This document shows, one piece after another, positions 12,144 to 23,863 of a DNA stretch of 64,000 bases (positions are counted from its first letter, which is position 1; every line of letters starts with the position of its first letter). The notes beneath the pieces are model-generated. The model saw only the letters and a program-made list of their open reading frames with translations, did no database searches and had not been told where the DNA came from. Made by a program: the position numbers and the translations under genes. This DNA comes from Yuukianura sp. NJ FZ-2021. Taxonomy: Eukaryota. Location of the stretch: NCBI GenBank assembly GCA_046563655.1, contig CM102289.1:1116001-1180000 (forward strand), in the 5' to 3' direction.

Positions 12144-12787
12144 ATGAAAAACTCAGCTCACGATCAGTTTAAATTTTCCATAATTTATTTCGTGTCTTGT
12201 CTACTTTCGTCCACTGCTTTCGAAAATTATGGAGTAGGAAAAGGTTTCAGTTCTTCAGTTCCAGTCATTTTAAAATTCACAGCAAATCGATACTCCAAAA
12301 TCACAAACCAGAAGATCACTAACGCAATTTTATCAGAACCGTACGATCCAAACGCTAAATCAAAAATTTCAGTCCGCCCAAAGTTCTGGAATCCAAACGA
12401 AGTTGGTTGCGTTTCACCGCAGCATCAATTTAACAACGAATCTAAACTAAATTCCGATTCCAAGAAATTTCAAAAACAACTTCCAAAATTGGCGGCTGTC
12501 TCAAATTTTCTAACTACAACCACAGAACTACCGAAAACAAGTGGAGTTAGTTTTGTATACTTCAGTAGCTTTTTAGAAATAATGCTCAACGGATTTTTGA
12601 AACTGGACTTGGCCTGCAATTCAATCCATACAAAGTTTCTGAACAAGAACTGCTGGTTGCCATAGAAACGCTACTTGCAGATGATCTGCTCCAACGCAGA
12701 ATGAAATCCATCTCACAAAGAATCCAATCGTCCAACAGCCAATCAAAAGCAGCCGATCTTGTTGAACAAGTCTCTAGAAAACACTAA
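12144..12787 (+). pseudogene. Chimera: truncated copy of the 27119 gene fused to a UGT 3' fragment
   Basis: Matches 27119-27558 up to ..TTTTTAGAA (~12578), then switches to ATAATGCTCAACGGATTTTTGAAACTGG matching UGT ~14643 onward, out of frame. Confidence 0.8.
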
Positions 12788-13367
12788 TGGAATAATACGC
12801 TTCAAAACCAAAATTTTATGACAAGGTTGGAATAGTTCAAATAGGTTCAAACTGGAATATTAATTCACTGCGGTTAGTTAAATTTAACTTCCTCATTGTG
12901 TTCCACTTGTCAAGGGCAACTACGCGCGTAAATTCAAAGGTGCATTTTACACTTGTTACAATTAAAATGTCTATTAAAATGAAAACGTCGAGGTTAATCT
13001 GTTTTTATCAAAGTGCACCTTGACTTGACTTAAGCATTCTGCAAGTTCCAGTTTTCAAAAAGAAAAAATTTAGGACAAATATCACGACGTCGCAGTCGTG
13101 TCAGTCCTAATACCGATAAGATTCAGTACACAAACGCTTCTCCACAACACGGAATATCATACCATGTACGTTTAAAAAAAGTTGTCTACTTGTCAAACAC
13201 ACCAAATTTAATACATCCAGCCCAGCAATTATGATGTTCAGAGGCAAGTAACTTAATTCAGCAATTGAAAATCAGAGTTCAATTTTTGATTGAAACACGA
13301 CTTTTTGTTTTAAATTTTGGCTAAAAATTTTGTGAGATTTTCGTTTAGAAATTGGGGATTTGCAAAA

Positions 13368-14902
13368 ATGCCAGAAAAATTAAAGTTTTTGTTTGTCCCG
13401 GCTGACGGAGTTGGTCATTTCAATGCTTGTTTTGGCATTGCTTCGGTTTTGAGAGATCGAGGTCACTCGGTGACCTTTGCAGCTCCTGAAATTTGGCGAG
13501 GGAAGTTGAAAGCGATGGGATACAATGAAGAACTGTACAAAGTGTCTGACGAATCGGCTGAATCGGATGAACAAGCGGGAAAAAAGTGGGGTGAAATGAT
13601 TGCAAAAATGGCGCCAGTACTTGCAGGTCCAGTGATTGAGTTGCACAAAAAATTGTACTTAAAAATGTGGGAAGAACTTTTCGTCAAAGTCAAGTACGTC
13701 CATGCCCAGCTCAACCAAATTGTGGAACGTGTTAACCCAGATGCTATGATTTTGGACATATTTTGGCACTGTCCAGCACTCATGGAATCGGGTAAACACA
13801 AATGTTATAAACTCAAACATAATTCAAAATGATCAAGGAATGATGCAAATGAAAAAAAAAGTAACGAACAAGTTGTACCAACCTAAATTTTTGAGACTTT
13901 TTTTTTGTAGGAATTCCTTGGATTTCTTCAATTTCTGCAGCGCCGCTAGGACTTTCGAGAGACAATGTTCCACCGGCGCACGCCGGATTTCCAACGGAAG
14001 CAAGTGTGGAAGAATGGAAAAATTTTGAAACTGAACTCAAAAAAATTTATACAAATTTTGAAAACAACTACAACCAATGGCTGCGTGATGTTGGTAGTGA
14101 CGAAGTAGTTCAAATGAAATTTCCGTACATGATGCAACATTCTCCTTATGCCAACATGTACATGTATCCACTTGAGTTGGACTATACAGCTTATCGACAA
14201 CTTCCAAGCACTTTTCATCAGTTTGACGCTTTTGTGCGAAAGTCAACCGAAACTTTTGAAGTTCCCGCCAAAATCCAAAATGGACCAGGAAAATTGATTT
14301 ACTTTTCAATGGGAACTTTGGGCTCAATGGAAATGGGAGTAATGAGGAAACTGATTTCAATTTTATCAAACTCTCCAAACAGATTCATTGTCTCCAAAGG
14401 TAAAATTTCAAAATGTGTACAAAAAAGAAAATTAAAAATTCCAGTTTTTGGTTTAATTTTAGGACCAGCAGGAGATGACCTTGCCCTTGCAGAAAACATG
14501 TGGGGAGAAAACAACGTTCCGCAGTTAGCGATCATCCCAATTGTTGATCTCGTGATTACGCATGGCGGGAACAACACAATTGTGGAATCTTTTTATTTTG
14601 GAAAACGACTTTTAGCTTTGCCTTTGTTATTTGACAATACAGATAATGCACAACGGATTTTTGAAACTGGACTTGGCTTGCAACTCAATCCATACAAAGT
14701 TTCTGAAGTTGAACTGCTGGTTGCCATAGAAACGCTGCTGGGAGATGATCTGTTCCAACGCAGAATGAAATCCATCTCGCAAAGAATTCAATCCTCCAAC
14801 AGCCAATCAAGAGCAGCCGATCTCGTAGAGGAAGTGGCAAGAAATCGTGTACAAAAAATTAATTGTGACTGGAGATCCACGGGCTTTAATGAACCGTATT
14901 AA
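13368..14902 (+). CDS. Cytosolic, bacterial MGT/YjiC-type UDP-glycosyltransferase (GT1); exons 13368-13791, 13911-14399, 14463-14902
   Basis: N-terminal GHFNA..LRDRGHSVTF; signature PQLAIIPIVDLVITHGGNNTIVESFYFGKRLLALPLLFDNTDNAQRI; no signal peptide or C-terminal TM. Confidence 0.9.
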
Positions 14903-15301
14903 TTTGGAGCCTATTTCTTTTGCACTTAAAAAATTGTCTACTTTTTGATTAGCAAAAGTTTTAGAGTTCGTGATAAATGCTTTCAGTTTTTGGAACTTCA
15001 TTTAAATTATATATAAACAAAGTCGGCATTTCGTGTAGAACAAAGTTTGGGAAATAAAAGCTACGCCCATTGATCGTTGCATGACGTCGGACTGGTTAAA
15101 AAATTATTTTTATTTCATGGAATAGAAACCTATTTTAACTACACATTGACTTTTGCAGTTCCACTTTAAACGTATCTTTATTTGATTTGAACAATGCAAC
15201 TACTATAACTAAAACGTCGTTATAATAACAACAAAAGTTTGGTTTAAACAAAAAATAAAACTTTGAAAATGTGTTTGTTTTGACTAAAGCTTTTTGTAAA
15301 G

Positions 15302-15984
15302 ATGGCTCTCATTTTACGGATGGCAGAATCAGGAATCTATGAAGACCCGACAAGTTCGGAGGAATCAGAATCATCGGAGGAATCAGCAATTTCAGAGGAA
15401 TCAAATGCTACTGTCCATATTTTGAATTTGCATCAACTGATAGATCAGTTTCCACACAGTGACAATTTGGTAATTGCTGAAAATCATCAATTCCAAATTA
15501 CTTCGAGCTTTGCCGTTCCCATAAAGTTGTATTACATGCAGCACAAAAATGGGACTCAGGAACTTCCCTTTAATCGCCTTCATGTGATAAACCTCATGCA
15601 CATTTCTGGTAACAAACTAAACCATTTCGCCATTTTCCTCATTTTTCCCAAAAGTATTTACGGAAAACCGACCACAGCAGGGCCAATCGCCGGTTGGTTG
15701 CGGCAAGAGCACAAATTTATAGTGTTATGGTAGAAGCCAAAATTGGATTCCTTAGGTTAAAAATAATTGTCATTCTAAGCTATACCGGACGTAGAAAAAC
15801 TACAATTTTTCCTACCTTTGCAAGGAAACTAAAAATCAAAAGAAACAGCATTAACAGTAACTATAAAGAAAAGAACAAACTGAGCACTATCAACAACGGG
15901 GAATCACTTTTTCAACGATTATTACGCGGGTTTACTTGTTTCTCAATTGTAAAGTTTATTCGAAATTTAACTAGTAAATACTGA
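15302..15984 (+). pseudogene. Internally deleted IR-like gene (N-terminus joined out of frame to C-terminal tail)
   Basis: HILNLHQLIDQFPHSDNLVIAEN matches the N-terminus of the 50898 gene; from ~15705 the DNA matches 3728-4090. Confidence 0.8.
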
Positions 15985-16157
15985 AAACCAGAAGGCAGAA
16001 ACACATCAGTCAAGATTTTTTGCTACAATTTAATCATTTTTTGTCAATAATGTAATAAATTGTTAATAAAGTTACAAAAATTTGACAAAAGAATACAATG
16101 AATGGCTTGGACTGACAGGATGCAAAGAAAAAATCGAAAACAACTTTCCTTATTTTT

Positions 16158-17370
16158 TGAAACACTCATCCCATTCCAACATTTACATGTACCCTTTGAA
16201 CTAGATTACAATACGGCAATTTTTAATCCAAAATTTCACCAATTTGATACTTCCAAGCGTCCTGTATTTCAAAATTTCGAAATTCCTGAAAAACTGAAAA
16301 CCGGTCCAGGAAAACTGGTTTATTTTTCAATTGGAACAATCGGTTCAGCCGAATTGAATTTGATAAAGAAAGTGATTTCAATTTTTTCAAAATCTCATCA
16401 CAGATTGATTGTTTTTAATCTTTAATGTGTGCGAATACCCTGGAAACGGAGGGTCAAAATGCGGCTGTAACTGATCAAATGAAAAATCGTGGGGATCAGC
16501 GTAGGAAGGTCGTAGAATGACCCACAATATATCAAACTTTAGGAAAAGACTTGGTCTAGTATCCTGTTGAAAAAAAATTACAAAATTTTAGTTCTATCTA
16601 TGTAAATATGGAGGTGGAATGTTTGGGTCAATTTTTTTCACAGTTAGAACTAAAATTTTCTATTTTTTTTTCAACAGGATACTAGACCAAGTCTTTTCCT
16701 AAAGTTTGATATATTGTGGGTCATTCTACGACCTTCCTACGCTGATCCCCACGATTTTTCATTTTCAATGTCGCAGTCTAGAAAACTTATTTACAAAACC
16801 CAAACGACGGCAACCGAACTTGAGTCAGTATTTTGTTTGTTTGAAAGTTCATACTTTTTTGACCATCATTGCACTGATCGTTTTACACATGAGTCAAGGT
16901 TTCTATAGCAACCAAATTGCACTTGCTACAAGAGGTTGTTCGATACCTCCGAGTTTTATAAAAATTGAGTGCAAACAACTTTTTGCGCCAATCTTGCGCC
17001 AATTCCACAAGATTACATACAAATCATTACCATAGGAAGGCACGGGGAACCAAGTTTTGCAAATTATTCAACAAAATTAGAAAACGTCGAGTTATTAAAT
17101 AACCTGGTGTAGCAATCAACAATTTGCTTGTTTACCAACCTTGACATGAGTGTTTCTTTTTGTCGTTGTCTGCAACTTTTACTAACTACACAAGTTCGGT
17201 TATCGTGGTTACTTAATTTAACAACTGTTGTTAATTAGACGCATAGCACACGTCCTTAAAGGTAAATTTAACACTAAATTCAAAATGTAGTGGTTTACGT
17301 CGTCCAATCGTCCAACAGCCAATCAGAAGCAGCGGACCTGGTTGAAGAAATTGCTAGCAAATATGGACAG
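16158..17370 (+). pseudogene. UGT fragment (copy B), interrupted by a TTAA insertion
   Basis: Near-identical to 5740-6115 apart from the insertion at 16419-17255. Confidence 0.75.
16419..17255. mobile_element. Insertion at a TTAA site containing a ~120-bp-arm hairpin
   Basis: Absent in copy A (5997-6000). TTAA at 16415-16418 and 17256-17259; inverted arms 16477-16596 and 16645-16764. Confidence 0.75.
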
Positions 17371-17412
17371 TCAAACGATACTTCCCAAAAGAATTGAAAC
17401 ATTTTCCAACAA

Positions 17413-17954
17413 GAATTTTAAGAACCTTCCGGCTGTTCCAGAACTGATGGAAAGCGACCTGATGGAATCACTCTCATTCCTTGGAAGTCCGGTCGCTCCC
17501 TTGCCTGGGATTTTACCTGCCGTGACACCTTCGCTGCGTCCTACCTAGCAACATCATCCTCCGTTCTCGGTCATCCTGCTGCCGTTGCTGAAATCCATAA
17601 GCACGACCTCTACCGTGACCTTGATCATCGATTTATTGTTTCCATCATTGCAGTCGAGACAACTGGAGTCTACGGGGAAGAAGGCCGACGTCTACTCAAT
17701 TCCATTGGACATCGCCTCTCAGAAGCCACCGGTGACAATCGAGCAACATCCTTCCTCTTTCAACGAATTAGCCTTGCCATCCAAAGAGGAAATGCCACTT
17801 CTATATTGGGTACCCTACCGTCAGGAAAAGAACTCTACGAAATTTATATGATTTAAAAATTTTTTCAATACGTCTTTAAATACCTCAACCTGCCTCTGGC
17901 AGGTGTAAGTTTTTTCAGTTCTGTTGTGTTAAATAAAGAAAAATTTTGTTGTAA
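17413..17954 (+). mobile_element. 5'-truncated CRE-clade non-LTR retrotransposon (restriction-like endonuclease domain)
   Basis: 12-bp TSD ATTTTCCAACAA (17401-17412, 17955-17966). Start-less frame 17422-17856 reads EPSGCSRTDGKRPDGITLIPWKSGRSLAWDFTCRDT..AEIHK..AVETTG..QRISLAIQRGNA. AATAAA near the 3' end. Confidence 0.85.
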
Positions 17955-18211
17955 ATTTTCCAACAACGGCAATTATAAAAGTAACCGAAATTTTTTCCGA
18001 AGGTCTGCTAAACAAAATTCAAATATATTTAGGAATTTGTTTTGAAAAGAAAAAAACTTAATGTGATAGAAAACCAATGTAAAGAAAAAGTAGGTGACGA
18101 TGGAGCTCCACGGAGAAAATTTTAGTTGAAACCAAAAACCAAATTGGTAAAAATTTGATAAAATCAGAACAAAATTTTTTCAACATGTCCGATTTTTGAA
18201 AACCACTTAAG

Positions 18212-19579
18212 TTAGGTCAACACAATAACATTTATGAGACAATCAAAGAGGAGACTAAAGTAAGTAGCTGGCGTTGATCGTTTCATAAAATAAAAATTCG
18301 AAACTTGGATTTTTAGAGCTCGCAAACTCCGCACAGTTCGAATTCCCGCTCCGCTTGACCTTTGACCTCTCCAAGTCAAAATCAGTTTCTGGCTTTTTGT
18401 GTTGACCTCTGACCCTGCCAGTGTTATAGTAAGTAGAACACTTGTTGAGACGACAATTCTGATCATAAACGTCACGTACAATGACATCCCAAATTTTCCA
18501 TTTCTTCCGCTAACTAAAAAGTAAGCTTGGAAAACCCATGACCCTCCAACAAGTCCCACAACGGCCGGGATATGCGCAGAAGCAAAACAATTATTGTGCA
18601 ACTGGTTCATAAGTTGATAGAGGCGGTATGTTCCAAGTTGCTGTTCATCTGTGTCGGACCTGTTCAAAATTTGAAATTTTGAAAATTTTATCTTTTTTTT
18701 TAAATCTGGATTATTGTACACATACCTAAGTAGTTCCATTGCTTTGATTGTGCCAATCAGGTACACTATGGAGTAAAAAACAAGACAAAGACCAAAAGCT
18801 ATGAAAAAGTAGAATAAATAGGTGTCCAACATGGAAAAAAGCAAACTCAGCACAAAATTTTCATATGTTTTCGGCACAAAATAGTATAAGTTGTATACTT
18901 GGCGTGGATTCATCAATTTCAAAATAAGTACGAGGCCAAGGGTGTTTACAGTTGCAAAGGCGCTGAGCATTTTTGAAAATTTTTGAACCGCCTTCCAGTT
19001 TGAACTGAATTTACTGCTTCCGTACTTTTCTGAAAATCATTAATTATAGCTAAAATTAAACTTTGTGATTAGTACATTAAATATAATCTTTTAGCAACTT
19101 ATTATATAAACTTTTAGGACAAATGGATTATGCCTACCTTCAATAATATTTTGCAGAACCAAAACTTGGTTAAATAAGTAAGCATGATCATGTCGATTGA
19201 AAGCCACCGTAGTGTGAACCACAACCGAAATGAAGAACACAATAATAAAAAATCCAGTCATAATTGCTTGCGTAAGTTTAAGTTCCAAGTTGGTGTTAAA
19301 GTATTGGACCATGACGTAAACCACCAAAAATAATTTCAAATATGACAAGCCAATAAAAAACAGCCAAATATTTTGTCTTCTTTTCGACGCCAATATAATT
19401 TTGCCGTTTTTGTCAAATGTAAACGGAAAAATTCTAAGTTTGGACACAAAAAGGACGAATTTGGCTATAAATCGAATTTGCGAAATTGCCAAGTCAGGGT
19501 TGTCCAGGAACTCAAACGCAGTTGCAACCCTGCTCTTCTGGATTTCTAAAATTTCCCAAAATCTGTCAAATTTTAACAT
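18212..19579 (-). CDS. Gustatory receptor-like 7TM chemoreceptor (copy B)
   Basis: Close paralog of 6399-7798 with the same exon layout. Confidence 0.7.
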
Positions 19580-20690
19580 ATTTCTTACTTTTCTAGTTTT
19601 CTTTTTTCCCTTATTTGCACTCCGAGATTTACAGAAATGTGAATGAGAGTGAAAAAAAAGTAAAAGTCAAGGACTGTGAATACTGTAGTGCAATAAACTT
19701 GATTAATTTGAATACAAAAGCAAGTATACTCGGGATTTCATAAATGGAAGAAATGTACAGCGTATTTCACAAACTGCGTTCAAATTTTAAAAAAAAAGCT
19801 ATAGAGTAAGCAGATTTAACAAAAAAATAAAATAAGTTCCAATTATCCTTGCCTTCTTGTAAATCTTTGTTAAAAACTTCGTTATTCTTGTATCATTTTT
19901 TTCTTTTTTGTGCAAAAAAAAACATTCGTGGTCAGTTTTTTGAGACGGCCACTGTACACCATGATTGGCTTTCTGTTAGATCTTGATTCAGTTAAACTCA
20001 CTACAACTCCCAAATTGGAATACTGCAAACGAAATCAGGCAAATGTAAGCATAACAAATGAATGACAAAGGCGTTCTGCAGATTAGAAACTACCCCAAAC
20101 TACTCTTCGTAAAAATTAAAACACCCTTGGAAATATAACAAGATTCCTTCAAAAATTGTTTTGAAAAAATTGTCTATTTTTTGATTAGGAAAAATTTCAG
20201 ATCTCGTGCTAAATGCTTTCAGTTTTCGAACTTAATGGAATTAGATAAAGTCGACATTTTGTGTTAGAAGTTTTCGAAATAAAAGTTCCGCCCCCTGGTA
20301 CATAGGATGACGCCGGACTGTTAATGAATTGTTTTTCTTTCATGCAATGCATATAAAAAAAATTAAGTTTTACCGCAGACTCATCGACATTTGCGTTTTT
20401 GTTTTTAGGCTTAAAAGTCTTTAGTTCATTTGAGCAATTCAATTATAATGAAATCCTCAATACGAACCTCGTGTTTGTCAGTTCCAAGGACTTGAAAATG
20501 CCAAAGACCAAAAATTAAAAAATTTTAAAAGGTTTAATTTTTTAGAAGGATTACGATTAGAACTAATTTTTAATTTTTGTTTTGGCACTTGTACCCGGTA
20601 AGTGTTCGTGCAGAATTTGGTATAAACAACACGCCAACCTTTGGCTTTACCACAATTCTTTTTTGCATTTGATTTCAGTCATTGGACAAA

Positions 20691-23471
20691 ATGTTTACTT
20701 TATTTTTTTCCTTAATGTTATTTTTAAAAGTAAGTTTTTGTTCTAAAATTTTGAATTTGAACCATTGGTTGTCTCCGTTTTCCAATTGTCATCTGCATAT
20801 CATCAATCATGTGACTCTTGATTTTGACGCATTTGAAACTCCCGTCATCCTGGAAGACGTTTTGTACAAGGGAGATCGGATTAACCAATCGGCTGGAGCG
20901 CGCATCCGGCGTGGTGGCTGGGATCTGGAGGAGCCGTTCATGGCCAATACTTTTACAAGGTTCAACAAAACACGGTTGGTCAGCTTCACTTTGCCCCTGC
21001 ACTCCAACGACACTCTGACGCTCGTTCCGTTCAACTGGGCATGCGTGGTTCATGTTCTCCTGATTCCGCAATTTAAGCACAGCGGTAATAGTGCCTACTA
21101 CTGGTCCGAACCACCCGTTTCTGCTTCTTTGGTCAACTACTTCAATCCCTTTGGCCGACAAATCCCTTCCTCCAATGGCTTTTACTGGCCAAATGCAGAA
21201 ATAAGAGCCTCGGGCCAATATTTTCTGTTTTTCGGTACTCGCGAAACTTTTGATTACATCTGGGTCACTGCCATGAATATCCGGATCGGCGTTGGTCAAA
21301 ACACGAGGAATTTGGTTTTTTACCTTTCCCGCCAAAAGAGTTTGGAACAAAACTTCTACTTACAAAACCAGTCAATGATACGTATTTGTGCTCTGTGTAG
21401 GGCACCGTTTGCATCTTTCCCAATTTTGAATTTCAGCAGGGCAGGATTGGACAAGGAGTGGAAATATTGGGAAACTTGGGACAAATGCTCAGACGTTGCA
21501 TGGGACATTGGGCTTTGGCCGCAAGTGTGGCTTCATGTACTCACTGCAAGGCGATTCGGCGGGACCCCAACACATTCCCAAATTTTGAAATTCAAAAATG
21601 TCCAGGCGCGAAATTTAAAAAGTTCCACAATCCACGTCAACTACATCCTTGTCAACATTGTGTTGCCCAAAATGAGGGCAAATGCTAGAGTCAATGAATA
21701 TTCACATACGTATGGCCCAACATCTAAAATAATGTTTGATGCCATTAATGGTCTGTTTTTTAGAAAAGAAATGCAGTTTCGATTTATCACTTGTGATGGA
21801 GCGCTCCACGAAGGATTTAAATTTGATTCACTTTATTCCGCCATTGATTCCTTTACTTGGATCTGTATCTTTGGAATCACAGTATTTGCATGGCTCGTTT
21901 CAAAACTTGTTCTGAAGTTTCATAAAATCGGGGGGCAGTGGCCATTTTTGGACATGGTGGGGTCACTGGTAGAGCAGAGCCTTGGTCCACTTTTGAATCC
22001 GAAGCAGTTGTGGCCACTTTATTGGATTTTGGCACCTTGGCTGTTTACTACAATTGCGCTGATTAGTTACTACAAAGGTGACATGACGACAGACATCACT
22101 GCGCCGATGCACGTTGCTCTACTCAAGTCTTTTGCTGAACTTGTACAGCGCAATTACACGATTTACACAAAGGGATACCCGGTTCAAACGGAGTTGGATA
22201 GATTTTACGACAAAAGAAGTTGGAGTTTACTTGGGTACTGTACTGAATACGGGAAGATGTGGGAAACCTTTAGGCGGAACTATGACAACTATAATACAAC
22301 GGTAAACTAATTTTAATTCACGGCTTCAACGTTTTCAAAAAAAATCTCATCATTCGAATTTCAAATAAGAGTTCACAAAAATTACAACCTACAATTACAA
22401 TTACAGAAGACTCTGTTCCTTAGAAAATGTTGCAAAATACAAAACAAGTGGCAATTGCACGAAAATTTCCTTACTCTGAAGTCCTATTGTCATTGACAAA
22501 ATAAAACCAAAATTGCAAATGGGTGGATTTTGCAATGACAATATAATCTCAGGGTACGGAAGTTTTCTATTCCGGATTGTGCAATTGCCATTTATTTTGT
22601 ATTTTGCAACATTTTCTAACTAAAAGTTACAGAGTCTTCTGTACTACCGTATTTTACAATAAATAACGTTTTCAACTAGAAATTTAATGTCATAGCTACA
22701 GCAGGCAATCCTTAGTTGGAAATTTTCGATAATTGTAATTGTGAATTGCAATTGTTAGTGAAATTCTGTGAAATTGTGATTTTTGGTAGGGTAGTGAAGG
22801 GTAGATTCCCATAGCAAGAGTTGGTAGCTCAAAGGCCTGGTTACCTATTCAGAAGAAGAGATTCCGGTTCGAGTCCCAGACGGTTCAATGTTTTTTTCTT
22901 TGAGTTTCAGAAAGAATATAGCATGTTTTGGTTGATAAATCAGTATATTGCTATTCCTAAAAACAATGACGGATTTCTGGAACGGATTTCAAAGGAGAAG
23001 AAAACAGCGTATGCTGACTGGGACACCCGGCTACTGCCAGTTGACAAAGCACTGCAGGCACAAGGAAATTGTGAAGGTGGAAGGTTCCTGTCGCGCAGTA
23101 ACGAAAGCATGATGAACGTAACAGTTGGGTGGTACTTGGAGCATTGGGTGGATCCAGGAATTCCGGACAGGCTGACCCACATTGAGGCCGGTGGGATTTA
23201 CGAGTACTGGAGAAGTATGGAGTCCCACCTCCAGGAAATCCACCTCGTCCGCACCCACGGTGTGGTTAACCACAAAGCTGTAAAAGAACTCAACCTGAGT
23301 GACAACATTGGTGGGATTTTTTTGGTTTACTTGGGCGCCACTGTTGTGCTTTGCGTTTTCCTGGCTACAGAATACATAGCTGAAACTGTATCTCTAAAGT
23401 GGAACAAGAGGAAAAACAAAGTAGAAAAATTTGAAAAAGAAGAAGATGAAATTTCCGAAATTCAAAGTTAA
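20691..23471 (+). CDS. Divergent IR-like protein, paralog b (exons 20691-22301, 22911-23471)
   Basis: Same motifs and intron position as paralog a; the intron carries the same palindrome and tRNA-like element. Confidence 0.75.
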
Positions 23472-23863
23472 TTTTCAAAATTGTGGTCACATTTGTAAAT
23501 AAAGTAGTCCAAAAGGAATTATTCTTCGAAAAACTCCGTCATACACGTCATTTCCAAAAAATAATTTCCCAGTTTTGTCTTTTACGTATTGTTTTTTCCA
23601 ATACTTTTGGTTCCGTGAGTCAAAAAAAAATCATGCAATATATACTTGGTTTTTTCCAAACACTTGAAAATTTTAGGATAAAAAATTTATAAATTTCTAA
23701 TAAGACCTTTAATTTTCGTGAAACCACTTACGATTAAAACTATGTTTAAATTTTGTTTTGGCACTTATACAAAGTAAAGGTTCGTGCAAACCTGAACTGA
23801 GCACGCCAACTTTTGATCTTACTTCTATTTCTCAGTAGCATTCGATTTCATCAATTGGACAAA

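Larger units (their letters stand above)
15705..23460 (+). repeat. Segmental duplication of ~3728-11640
   Basis: Same order and high similarity: IR tail, UGT fragment, GR-like gene, promoter, IR paralog. The copies differ mainly by TE insertions. Confidence 0.9.

Noticed and set aside
14400..14462. Insertion in the UGT protein (KISKCVQKRKLKIPVFGLIL)
   Set aside because: 63-nt in-frame GT-AG intron read through by the ORF finder.
17342..17851. ORF-track proteins 17342..17548 and 17585..17851
   Set aside because: Alternative frames of the CRE endonuclease frame 17422-17856.
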